DNA from: Nitrosopumilus maritimus SCM1
GTDB taxonomy: Archaea; Thermoproteota; Nitrososphaeria; Nitrososphaerales; Nitrosopumilaceae
NCBI RefSeq assembly: GCF_000018465.1
Contig: NC_010085.1
Location: forward strand, 990,001 to 1,022,000
Reading direction: 5' to 3'
Length of the DNA stretch: 32,000 nucleotides
This document shows positions 1 through 8,714 of this stretch, in pieces; positions within the stretch are counted from its first letter, which is position 1; each line of letters starts with the position of its first letter. The position numbers and the translations under genes are program-made. The notes under the pieces were generated by a model. It had not been told where the DNA came from, did not search any database, and worked only from the letters and a program-made list of their open reading frames with translations.

Positions 1-964
1 CATAACCATGATTTTGACTTGTGACATAGACTTGATTTGTCTCCAAGTTAACACATGGTTTGTTTTGTCCACGGTGTCCATACTTTAGTTTGTAAGTTTC
101 AGTGTTTCCTGCAATTCCAATTATTTGTGCACCAAGACAAATTCCAAGTGTTGGTATATTATTTTCAATTAATTTTTTAGTTGTTTCAATTGTTGCAGGA
201 CAGTTTTGAGGATCACCAGGACCACTGCTCAAAACAATTCCTTTTGGATTGTATGACATTATTTTTTCATATGAAGTATTCCATGGGACAACAACTACTT
301 TGTAACCAAGTTCTCTAACATTTCTAATAATTGCAAATTTTGCACCAGTGTCAATTACAACAACTGTCTGCTCTTCGTTTCCATAGACTTTTTCTTCCTT
401 GGTGGATACTGCATCCATAAACTGTTCAGAATTGTAATTTGTAGCCTCAGAAAGCTGTTTTTTGACTGCTTCTACATCAATCTCAGTATCTGAGACTACT
501 AGAGCAGCCATCATGACACCACTAGTTCTAAGTTTTTTTGTTAATGCCCTAGTATCAATTTCAGCAATTCCTGGAATTTTTTCATTGTACATCCATTCAT
601 CCAAAGTCATGGATAGATTCCAGTGACTTGCAGTATGAGATAGTTCATGTATTACAAGACCTCTAGCTTGGATTTCATTGGCTTCAAAATATTTTGGAAT
701 TCCATCGTCATCTTTAACTTCTGGATCGGGAACTCCATAATTTCCAACAAGTGGATAAGTTAGTGTAAGAATTTGGCCTTTGTAGGATGGGTCAGTTAGT
801 GCTTCTGTATACCCAACCATTCCAGTATTGAACACAATTTCACCAAAAACAGTCGTCGAATATCCGAATCCTTCACCGTCAAGAACAGTTCCATCATCAA
901 AAATGAGCTTTCCAAACTTTTTTGCGTGAGTTGATTTCTTTGTGGATATTGTGACCCTCAGCAA
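1..964 (-). CDS. carA: Carbamoyl-phosphate synthase small (glutamine amidotransferase) subunit. The 3' end runs off the window. The start is probably TTG at 964, but this is approximate.
   Basis: Not in the ORF track because it is truncated. My manual minus-strand translation gives ...KKFGKLIFDDGTVLDGEGFGYSTTVFGEIVFNTGMVGYTEALTDPSYKGQILTLTYPLVGNYGVP... and ...PTLGICLGAQIIGIAGNTETYKLKYGHRGQNKPCVNLETNQVYVTSQNHGY at the window edge. GICLG, GHRG and TSQNHG are classic CarA/GATase-I motifs. Confidence 0.88.
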   Translation of the reverse strand, partial: MLRVTISTKKSTHAKKFGKLIFDDGTVLDGEGFGYSTTVFGEIVFNTGMVGYTEALTDPSYKGQILTLTYPLVGNYGVPDPEVKDDDGIPKYFEANEIQARGLVIHELSHTASHWNLSMTLDEWMYNEKIPGIAEIDTRALTKKLRTSGVMMAALVVSDTEIDVEAVKKQLSEATNYNSEQFMDAVSTKEEKVYGNEEQTVVVIDTGAKFAIIRNVRELGYKVVVVPWNTSYEKIMSYNPKGIVLSSGPGDPQNCPATIETTKKLIENNIPTLGICLGAQIIGIAGNTETYKLKYGHRGQNKPCVNLETNQVYVTSQNHGY

Positions 965-1040
965 TTCCGTTGTAATACGAATTTAAGTTTTATGTGAATT
1001 GTATTTTGAAAAAAATGATCGCTATTGGAATTGGGTTTTG

Positions 1041-1340
1041 TTAGTTTACAGAAATTATTCCAGATTTTATCAAAAATTGCATTCCTTGTACAAAGGCATC
1101 ATCATCAATTGTGCCATCAGCCCACCAACCAGCATTGACTTTAACCCATACAGGAACTTCGTTTGTTTGAGAATTTGAACCAGTCAAAGTAGGAGGAATT
1201 TGAATAATGTTTTCATCAATTAAAAACTGAATTCCTTGAATGAAAGAATCATCATCAATTGACCCATCTGCCCACCAACCAGCATTACTTTTTACCCAAG
1301 ATGGAATTTCGTTTGTCTCAGAATTTGCAGATATGCCAGG
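1041..1340 (-). repeat. Intragenic tandem duplication with a 150-nt (50-aa) period, encoding the two WWADG C-terminal modules.
   Basis: The string atcatcatcaatt occurs at 1098 and 1248, exactly 150 nt apart. The flanking sequence (ccaccaaccagcatt..., ttcgtttgt.t.agaatt) is also conserved between the two copies. Confidence 0.8.
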
Positions 1341-2597
1341 CTCAATTACGATAATAAAATTTCCTTTTGATTCAGAATCACCATCAATGTTAGATACAAC
1401 AAGATTTGCTGAGCCAGAATATTTTGAATCAAAGTTTACTTGATGGATATTTGAATAATCAGAATCAATATCACCTTTGAAATGATTTTGATAAATGGTC
1501 TTACCCTGTTGGATTACTGAAAAATCATATTCCACATGGTGTTTATGATGGTCTGAAAAGATTTGCTGAAAATCTATGAAAAATGTCACATCCTCACCTG
1601 CATGAATAATTTCAGGTTCCCAATACAAGAATACTTGATAATCAGAGGTTGTAAAATCTAATGGAAAATCAACTTTGTCATTTGGTTGTAGTTTAAACTC
1701 AATTATTTCATCAGATGTTTGCACATTATTCTTTAACAACTTGAGCAAATCACGAGTAATCACAGTGTGTACAGTTCGATCATCAAAAGAATAATCATCA
1801 ATAGTTGTAATGTCGTGAGGCAGTAAAAGTCCATTTACATATGAATCATAATTTGTAGAAAGAAAATCACTAAACGTATTTGGAATTCGTACTTCTTGAT
1901 GAATCACACTTATCTCTTGAAAATTTTGATTCCAATCAAAAGGAATGGTAAAAGTTAGTTGGTTTGAGTCAAAATTAAAATCTTGAATTTGATCAAAATA
2001 AGAAACAACATGTAGTTTTTGAGATTGTTTCAAATGATCATCCACATTGAAATATTGGTGGTCTGCAATACTTATGCCACCTTCAAATTCAATAGGTTTT
2101 TTCAAAACATTTGAATCAGAATCGATAGACAAAATTTTTACTTTGTACTCATAAAGGCCTCCAGAAGTGAAAACAGGTCCAGTAAATGTTAATGGATGTT
2201 GTTCATCTACTAGCCATCCTCCTAAAACAGATTCTTGAGTTCCTTGAATGGAAATCTCATCAGAATCATCAGATATTACAGATAATTTCAGAGTGCCAGT
2301 TTCATCATGAAAAACTTCTTTGAAAAGTTGTTGGTCATTTTTTAAAAATTCTACTTCAAATGTCACATGTTCAATTGCTGCCTCTGTTTTTGAATCAAAA
2401 AGATTCATGGTTATCAAGTGTTCATTTACAGTAGGATCAAAAATAGAAGGCGATACAGATATTGAAAAAGTGACATCTCTATCACCTATGGACGCAGGGG
2501 GCAAGGTTTCGCTTCCAAATCCATGTCCAAATACTAGTTCAGCAGAGCCAACAAGACTGAAACCTAAAACAAAAAGTAAAACAAGTAAATTTTTCAA
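1041..2597 (-). CDS. Secreted or cell-surface protein of unknown function: signal peptide, beta-rich body and two C-terminal 50-aa WWADG repeats.
   Basis: 518-aa ORF. N-terminus MKNLLVLLFVLGFSLVGSAELVFG is a typical signal peptide. The body is D/S/F/V-rich and contains an HHKHH cluster. The C-terminus carries two copies of [PV]xWVKxNAGWWADGxIDDDxFxQGxQFLIxxxII. Confidence 0.75.
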   Translation of the reverse strand: MKNLLVLLFVLGFSLVGSAELVFGHGFGSETLPPASIGDRDVTFSISVSPSIFDPTVNEHLITMNLFDSKTEAAIEHVTFEVEFLKNDQQLFKEVFHDETGTLKLSVISDDSDEISIQGTQESVLGGWLVDEQHPLTFTGPVFTSGGLYEYKVKILSIDSDSNVLKKPIEFEGGISIADHQYFNVDDHLKQSQKLHVVSYFDQIQDFNFDSNQLTFTIPFDWNQNFQEISVIHQEVRIPNTFSDFLSTNYDSYVNGLLLPHDITTIDDYSFDDRTVHTVITRDLLKLLKNNVQTSDEIIEFKLQPNDKVDFPLDFTTSDYQVFLYWEPEIIHAGEDVTFFIDFQQIFSDHHKHHVEYDFSVIQQGKTIYQNHFKGDIDSDYSNIHQVNFDSKYSGSANLVVSNIDGDSESKGNFIIVIEPGISANSETNEIPSWVKSNAGWWADGSIDDDSFIQGIQFLIDENIIQIPPTLTGSNSQTNEVPVWVKVNAGWWADGTIDDDAFVQGMQFLIKSGIISVN

Positions 2598-2658
2598 TTT
2601 TACTCAAACAAAAACTAGGTAAGAAATAATACTTTAGGCTAAAAATCACTTGAGAAAA

Positions 2659-3852
2659 TCATAGTGCTTGGAACTCTTCGCTCCATTTGTGATATGCACG
2701 AATCATTTCAGTTGAAACACTTGGCTTTCTTCTTGCCATAATATCCTTGAAATCAGTTGATGTAAGTTCTCTAGGTTGAACTGGTTCTTCTCCTTCTACT
2801 GGTTCATGATAATCAGGAGAGTCAAATATTTCATGTACTGTTTTGATTTGTGCAGCTTGGCAAACATCTTTGATGTCACTTGCACTATAACCATCAAAGA
2901 GTTTTGCAAGATCAGTAGTGCTTACTCTAGAATCTTTGCTTAATTTAGCAGTGTATTGATCAAAGAGATTTTCTCTTGCTGCTTGAGTAGGCAGTGATAC
3001 GTAAATTCTCTTTTGGAATCTTCTAAGGAAAGGCCAATCAAGTGCCCAAGGTTTGTTTGTTGCACCAATTACATACATCATCAAATCTTTTCCTTTGCCA
3101 TTAACACCATCCATCTCAGTTAGGAATTGATTTTTAGTTCTAACTTCTCCACCGACTTCACTGCTTCTAGAACCTAATAGAGAATCAACTTCATCTACAA
3201 ACAAAATCACAGGTTTGCCTTCCTTTTCAGCATAACTTCTTGCCATTGAAAATAATTTTGAAACATTCTTTTCTGCTTCGCCTAACCACTTGCTCATCAT
3301 AGATGATGCATCTACATTGATAAAGTAACCATCCATCTCATTTGCAGTAGCAGCTGCTAACATTGTTTTACCAGTTCCAGGAGGACCATAAAGTAACATT
3401 CCTTTTGGCCAACCTAATGGGAATAAATCAGGTCTTTTAGTTGGATATACGATTGATTCACGTAATGCACTTTTTGCGTCATCTAAACCAATGACTTGGT
3501 CCCAAGTTACATCTGGTTTTTCTTTCATGATAAGGTCTTCAAAGTCATTTTCTGCCTCTTGTCTCTGAACAGATTTCTTTTGTTCTTCTTCTGAAGCCTT
3601 TGGATCAACTGCAGGTTCTACACCATGTGCCTGCTGCAATGCATTAATTCGATTATGATAAGAGTTGCATCTTTCTTTGTAAATTGGATTTAATTTGCTG
3701 TTAGGGTATAACTGTAATAATTTTACCAGAGCATCAATGGCTTGCTGATAATAGGTTATTGCTTGGCCACGTGCTCCTTGGGAATCAAATTTGATTGCCT
3801 CAGAAGCATATTTGCTAGCAGTATTTTCTAGTTCTTGGGGAGCCATACTCAT
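2659..3852 (-). CDS. cdvC: CdvC / Vps4-like AAA+ ATPase with an N-terminal MIT domain.
   Basis: 397 aa. MIT-like three-helix N-terminus (KYASEAIKFDSQGARGQAITYYQQAIDALVKLLQLYP). Walker A is GPPGTGKT and Walker B is ILFVDEVD. Also has the second region of homology and the Vps4-type C-terminal helix (IRAYHKWSEEF). Confidence 0.9.
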   Translation of the reverse strand: MSMAPQELENTASKYASEAIKFDSQGARGQAITYYQQAIDALVKLLQLYPNSKLNPIYKERCNSYHNRINALQQAHGVEPAVDPKASEEEQKKSVQRQEAENDFEDLIMKEKPDVTWDQVIGLDDAKSALRESIVYPTKRPDLFPLGWPKGMLLYGPPGTGKTMLAAATANEMDGYFINVDASSMMSKWLGEAEKNVSKLFSMARSYAEKEGKPVILFVDEVDSLLGSRSSEVGGEVRTKNQFLTEMDGVNGKGKDLMMYVIGATNKPWALDWPFLRRFQKRIYVSLPTQAARENLFDQYTAKLSKDSRVSTTDLAKLFDGYSASDIKDVCQAAQIKTVHEIFDSPDYHEPVEGEEPVQPRELTSTDFKDIMARRKPSVSTEMIRAYHKWSEEFQAL

Positions 3853-3862
3853 TTCAAATTAC

Positions 3863-4363
3863 CTACGCAGTATTCCCTTGAGAATTTTGTTGGTATTCTA
3901 CAGTGTTAATCTCTGTAGCAAAATTGGTTAAATTAATTGCACTCGTTTCGTGCTCATCATAGTCAGGGCCATCATGGTATTTTTTCTTAAAATCAGATTT
4001 TTCTGAGATATCCACATGGATTCCCTTTACTTTACTAATAGAATCCTCAGCAGACATTATCAATTCAGAAATCTCATCATCCAAATCTTCAATTGAGCCT
4101 GCAGCCTCTGAAATTACAGATACAAAATATTTGAGAATTGAGCGCATCTCTTTTTTATCAGCATATTTGACTAGCATAAAATCAGCAATTCCAACAATTT
4201 TATTCAAATCTTGTAGTTCTTCTAAAGTTAATTTTTCAATGTTTTTATCATCAGATGATTTTACCTCAGAAATTTTTTTATCAATCTTTGAAGATAGTGA
4301 TTTTATACGCTCAATATCCTTTGAAAAATCTCTTTTAGAGTTTAGTACATTCAAGTATTGCAT
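3863..4363 (-). CDS. Hypothetical coiled-coil protein with an acidic C-terminal region. It is the middle gene of the cdvC operon.
   Basis: 166-aa ORF. It lies 10 nt upstream of the cdvC start and overlaps the preceding ORF by 13 nt. K/E/D/S-rich with heptad-like helices. I recognise no family motif. Confidence 0.6.
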   Translation of the reverse strand: MQYLNVLNSKRDFSKDIERIKSLSSKIDKKISEVKSSDDKNIEKLTLEELQDLNKIVGIADFMLVKYADKKEMRSILKYFVSVISEAAGSIEDLDDEISELIMSAEDSISKVKGIHVDISEKSDFKKKYHDGPDYDEHETSAINLTNFATEINTVEYQQNSQGNTA

Positions 4364-4908
4364 AATTTAAAAAAATCAACATTAGGGTACTGCTTACTTA
4401 TTTTAGAGTCCACCATCAATTTTACTTCATCTAAGAGAGTTGAAGATTCAGTGTTTGATTGACTAAAATCAAAACTAGCATGAGTAAGTGTTGCTGAATC
4501 AAGTACAATACTACCTAAATGAACAGAGAGTTCTGAGAGTTTTTGACTACAGTCAGGAACTAGTTCATAGAGTTGTGCGCTAATTGTCCTAATCAGAGGA
4601 ATAGAAGAAGGTAAAACTTGAGGAATAGAATGGATGTTTGTAATGCTTTTAGTTTTTCTTTTTGCAAGGGTTAGAATTTCAAGAGAAAATGCCATAGTTC
4701 GCTCAAGCTCAATTGCTTGAAGATGAGTTTTGTCTGATTCATCAAAATCAGATATCAAATCCTTGTTAGATTGTTTCAAATCATCTCTTTTTTGAGATAT
4801 GACAGTTACAATTTCATCTAGTAAAGAAGCAGAATACTCCAATCTAGGAGTTAAAGTAACAGAATGAGAAATATTCTCATTATCTATCTCTACACATTTT
4901 ACCGACAT
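4351..4908 (-). CDS. Diverged ESCRT-III (Snf7/CdvB)-like protein, core only and without a winged-helix extension. Tentative family call.
   Basis: 185 aa and predicted all-helical. The segment SIPQVLPSSIPLIRTISAQLYELVPDCSQKLSELSVHLGSIVLDS followed by ESSTLLDEVKLMVDSKISKQYPNV resembles the alpha3-alpha5 pattern of archaeal CdvB proteins as I recall it (...P....l.el...l..i.. then e..ilde......a.....P). It is the first gene of an operon ending in cdvC. Confidence 0.55.
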   Translation of the reverse strand: MSVKCVEIDNENISHSVTLTPRLEYSASLLDEIVTVISQKRDDLKQSNKDLISDFDESDKTHLQAIELERTMAFSLEILTLAKRKTKSITNIHSIPQVLPSSIPLIRTISAQLYELVPDCSQKLSELSVHLGSIVLDSATLTHASFDFSQSNTESSTLLDEVKLMVDSKISKQYPNVDFFKLCNT

Positions 4909-5065
4909 GAGTGATTTTTACTAGATTTTGTATTTGAGGACGATGTCACAATTAATTTAGTAACCACAGTTACACCCATCTGCAGATACAATTTTGATTT
5001 TTTTTGAGTATTTGTGTAAAGGAATTTAGCTCTCAATTTTACCTAATAACAAATCAATCATAATC

Positions 5066-6226
5066 ATGGTCAATGAGCACGCATTAACAGTTAGTCTCGA
5101 AGAATTTGGTTTGAGTAAATATGAGGCACAAGCCTATGTTGCGCTGATTGCCAAGGGCACTATTTCAGCAGGAGAATTAGCATACTATTCTGAAATACCA
5201 AGGACAAAGATTTACCCAACTTTACAAAAACTTGAAAACAAGAAACTTGCAATAATTTCAAAAAGTAAACCAATAATGTGTACTGCTATTGCACCAGAAG
5301 ACGCATTTGATGGAATAATTCATGAACAAATTAACAAAGTAAATGCAATGAATACTTTGGTATCAAACCTCAAAAAAGCAAGTGAGGAAAGTAGGAAATC
5401 ACGAGGTTCAGAAGAAAAAAGATATTTCCATATTAGTGCAAACAATGTACTATCACAACTTCAAACTATGATTGAAGGAAGTAAATCTTCAATTAAGATT
5501 ATGGCTGATCAATGGGGATTTGGATTATTAGCTGAATGTAAAGAACAACTAGTTGCAGTATTGCGTAGAAATCTTGATGTCAAAGTTATAGTACCACCAA
5601 CACAAATTTGTTCAGAAGCATATAGAATAATTCCTGATGGAGTAGAAATTAGAGCATCAGACATTACACAAAATTGCTTTATCTTTGATGAAACAGAATT
5701 ACTAATGGTAAATAATGAAAATGGTAAAGGAGCCATCTTTTCATCAACAGATATTCTTGGAGTAAATCAAGAAAAGGTATTCTCACATGTCTGGAAAAAT
5801 GCAACAAAGACAAAGGCACTTGCAGATATGACAAAAGCAGAAGCCCAAGAGATTTACAAAATTATCAAGACAGTAAACGAAACAGGTCTAACACACATTC
5901 TAAACTCTACAATGTTCTCAAAAAAGCCTGAATTTGATTTGTTTAAGCTATTAGAAAAGAGTGGTGTCTCTTTGAAATCAAAATCACTAGATGACATCAT
6001 AGAGATCATGGATGCTGTGCTGCAAATTACATGTTCAGGACATGTGAATTTTGAGGCAAATACAAAAAACATCACAGTAGAATCAAAGCTAAACAGCGGT
6101 CACTCTCTTCCATGGGTCTCAATTTTAGATGGATGTCTACAAAAACAAGGATACAAGACAAGAACTGTATTTCAAAACAACTCAAGTAAGGGCGAAAAAG
6201 TACACATCAAAATAAGTAAAAACTAA
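5066..6226 (+). CDS. TrmB-family transcriptional regulator with an extended C-terminal region of unknown function.
   Basis: 386 aa. The N-terminus LEEFGLSKYEAQAYVALIAKGTISAGELAYYSEIPRTKIYPTLQKLENKKLA is the TrmB winged-HTH signature. Divergent from the cdv operon. Confidence 0.8.
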   Translation: MVNEHALTVSLEEFGLSKYEAQAYVALIAKGTISAGELAYYSEIPRTKIYPTLQKLENKKLAIISKSKPIMCTAIAPEDAFDGIIHEQINKVNAMNTLVSNLKKASEESRKSRGSEEKRYFHISANNVLSQLQTMIEGSKSSIKIMADQWGFGLLAECKEQLVAVLRRNLDVKVIVPPTQICSEAYRIIPDGVEIRASDITQNCFIFDETELLMVNNENGKGAIFSSTDILGVNQEKVFSHVWKNATKTKALADMTKAEAQEIYKIIKTVNETGLTHILNSTMFSKKPEFDLFKLLEKSGVSLKSKSLDDIIEIMDAVLQITCSGHVNFEANTKNITVESKLNSGHSLPWVSILDGCLQKQGYKTRTVFQNNSSKGEKVHIKISKN

Positions 6227-6255
6227 AATCAGACGAAAATGACGCAACAATCGTC

Positions 6256-6711
6256 ATGTCTGAAGCAAAACTCAAGGAATTAGGAATAGAATTACCAGAA
6301 GCCCCAATACCTGCAGGAAACTATATCCCAGCAGTAAAAACAGGAAACCTACTTTTCATATCAGGACAGATTCCACTAGAAAATGGCAAGGTAGCATACA
6401 CTGGTAAAGTTTCAGATGACAATCTAGAGACTGCTCAGAAATCAGCTAAAAGTTGTGCAATTAACATTCTAGCTCAAATTAAAAGAGAAGCTGGAAGTTT
6501 GGATAAAGTAACAAAAATCGTAAGACTGTCAGGATTTGTAAATTCAGTTCCAGAATTCACACAGCATCCAAAAGTAATCAATCCGGCATCAGATTTGATG
6601 TTTGAGGTTTTTGGAGAAAAAGGAAAACATGCAAGAATAGCATTAGGTGCAGGAAGTTTACCACTTGATTCCATGACTGAAATTGATGCCATCGTAGAAT
6701 TATCAGAATAA
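6256..6711 (+). CDS. RidA/YjgF/UK114-family protein (reactive-intermediate deaminase-like).
   Basis: 151 aa. GNYIPAVKTGNLLFISGQIP...ARIALGAGSLPLDSMTEIDAIVEL matches the typical family layout. Confidence 0.85.
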   Translation: MSEAKLKELGIELPEAPIPAGNYIPAVKTGNLLFISGQIPLENGKVAYTGKVSDDNLETAQKSAKSCAINILAQIKREAGSLDKVTKIVRLSGFVNSVPEFTQHPKVINPASDLMFEVFGEKGKHARIALGAGSLPLDSMTEIDAIVELSE

Positions 6712-6774
6712 AATTACATGTGAGAGGTAGTTCTTATATCAAATGAACATACAAAAAATCTAGAAGTGTATTAA

Positions 6775-8052
6775 ATGGAATTGAAAAATTATATTTTCAA
6801 ACAGTTGTGGCTTCAAGTTGTAATCTCTTTACTAGTGGGATTAGGAGTTGGTTTAGTTTTAGGAGATGATGTAGGGGTCAGTCTAGATGACAACACTCTA
6901 GATACTGTTTCATCATATCTCAAAATTCCAGCCAACATATTTTTGAGTGTAATTTTGATGATCATAGTTCCATTAATTTTTGCATCAATTGTGGTTGCCA
7001 TTACTAATTTAGGTACAAAAGAAAAAATGAAAACTCTAGGATTAGGTATTGGAGTTTATTTTGTAATTACTACAACAATTGCAATTCTAATTGCAATAAC
7101 TCTTGCATCAGTTATTGCCCCTGGAAGTATTCTAGACCTTACTGCACTTCAAGAGACTCATGATCTTTCTGAAGATGATTTGAAAGTTACAGAAGGTTTC
7201 TCAGTAGATGAAATTCCAGATATTGCATCAAACATTATCCCAAGAAATCCAATTGTATCTTATCTTGAAGGACAAATGTTAAGCATTTTGATAATGGCGA
7301 TGATTGTAGGATTGGCAATGGCTGCTCTTCCAAAAGAGTCAGTCAAACCACTACTGGATTTACTTGAATCTGTTCAAAAAATCACATTATACATTTTGAT
7401 TATGGCAATGAAGATTGTACCATTTGCAGTCTTTGGTTTGATTGTAGGCATGGTTGCTAAAGTAGGAGTAGAAACAATGGCAGGACTTGGAGTATACATG
7501 GCAACAGTGATCCTAGGGCTTGGAGCCATGTTGTTGGTTTATACAATGATCATAAAATTTGTAGCAAAAAGACCAATCTCATCTACATTCTCAAAGTTCC
7601 GTAACCCACAGACTTTGGCATTCTCAACTGCAAGTTCAATGGCAACAATGCCTATGACATTAAAGACTGCAGAAGAGGATCTGAAGATAGATACACGTGT
7701 ATCAAAATTTGTCATTCCACTTGGAACTACAGTAAACATGGATGGAACTGCATTGTATCAAGTAATAGCAGTCTTCTTTTTGGCACAGCTCTTTGCAATT
7801 GAATTGAGTATATTCTCCATACTTGTGATTATCATTACTTCACTTTTGGCATCAATTGGAACACCTGCAGTTCCAGGAGCAGGAACAGTTGTTTTAGCTA
7901 CAATACTTGTAACAGTTGGAATTCCTCCAGTAGGAATTTTGTTATTGCTTTCAGTAGATAGAATTTTGGACATGATCAGGACCATGGTAAATGTCACAGG
8001 TGATCTTACTGCATCTTGCGCGTTTAATGAAATAACGCGAGAAAAGAATTGA
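6775..8052 (+). CDS. Dicarboxylate/amino acid:cation symporter (DAACS, GltP/GltPh type).
   Basis: 425-aa polytopic membrane protein. Motifs AFSTASSMATMP and NMDGTALYQ, plus the HP2-like GTPAVPGAG and DRILDMIRTMVNVTGD. Confidence 0.9.
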   Translation: MELKNYIFKQLWLQVVISLLVGLGVGLVLGDDVGVSLDDNTLDTVSSYLKIPANIFLSVILMIIVPLIFASIVVAITNLGTKEKMKTLGLGIGVYFVITTTIAILIAITLASVIAPGSILDLTALQETHDLSEDDLKVTEGFSVDEIPDIASNIIPRNPIVSYLEGQMLSILIMAMIVGLAMAALPKESVKPLLDLLESVQKITLYILIMAMKIVPFAVFGLIVGMVAKVGVETMAGLGVYMATVILGLGAMLLVYTMIIKFVAKRPISSTFSKFRNPQTLAFSTASSMATMPMTLKTAEEDLKIDTRVSKFVIPLGTTVNMDGTALYQVIAVFFLAQLFAIELSIFSILVIIITSLLASIGTPAVPGAGTVVLATILVTVGIPPVGILLLLSVDRILDMIRTMVNVTGDLTASCAFNEITREKN

Positions 8053-8096
8053 GGATTTGGAAATTTTCTTAAATATATTTTCAAAGAATTTGTTTC

Positions 8097-8294
8097 ATGG
8101 TACAAATGTGCAAAGGACTATGTGAGCGATTAAAATCAACATCATTTACAAACAATCTTCGTTACAAAATAGGGCAAAAGTGGTGTTCATTGTGTGCAAT
8201 ATTTTTTCTCACAGAGGAAAATTCATGTCCATGTTGTAAAACAAGATTAAGATCAAAAGCCAGAAGCAAAAAGTATGATTTGCCAAGAATATAA
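8097..8294 (+). CDS. Small zinc-ribbon protein with a basic C-terminus.
   Basis: 65 aa. Cys pattern CxxxC...CxxC...CxCC, followed by the tail RLRSKARSKKY. The start could be either ATG at 8097 or ATG at 8106. Confidence 0.5.
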   Translation: MVQMCKGLCERLKSTSFTNNLRYKIGQKWCSLCAIFFLTEENSCPCCKTRLRSKARSKKYDLPRI

Positions 8295-8321
8295 TCATCA
8301 GAAAACTCAAAAATATAGCAA

Positions 8322-8714
8322 ATGCATCCTAAAATCGAGGCTAAATTGAAGTATCTAGAAGAGATTGAATCTGAAAAATACATCTCAGTTGAGACATATA
8401 GAAAAAACGGTGATCCTGTAAAGACACCAGTTTGGTTTACAATAAAGAATGGTTTAATCTTTGTAGTAACTCGAGATCAAACAGGAAAAGTAAAGCGACT
8501 CAAAAACAACACTCAGGTAAAAATTGCAACATGTACCATTAAAGGTGAAATCAAAGGAAAGTGGGTTTCAGGTGTTGCAGAGATTTTAGATGAAGAAAAA
8601 ACAAAAGATGCAGTAAAAAGAAGAGACAAAAAATATGGATTCTTCTCCAAGATGGCAAGATTCCTTACTAAAAGCAAAGGAGAACTGTTAGCATTCTCAA
8701 TTAAGCTCAAGTGA
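8322..8714 (+). CDS. PPOX-class (pyridoxamine 5'-phosphate oxidase-like), probably an F420/FMN-binding split-barrel protein.
   Basis: 130 aa. YISVETYRKNGDPVKTPVWFTIKNGLIFVVTRDQTGKVKRLKNNTQVKIA is the characteristic PPOX-class layout. Confidence 0.7.
   Translation: MHPKIEAKLKYLEEIESEKYISVETYRKNGDPVKTPVWFTIKNGLIFVVTRDQTGKVKRLKNNTQVKIATCTIKGEIKGKWVSGVAEILDEEKTKDAVKRRDKKYGFFSKMARFLTKSKGELLAFSIKLK

Noticed and set aside
1240-2622. Plus-strand ORFs 1240-1443 and 2320-2622 within the secreted-protein gene.
   Set aside because: They are shadow ORFs antisense to a 518-aa ORF that has a clear signal peptide and internal repeats.
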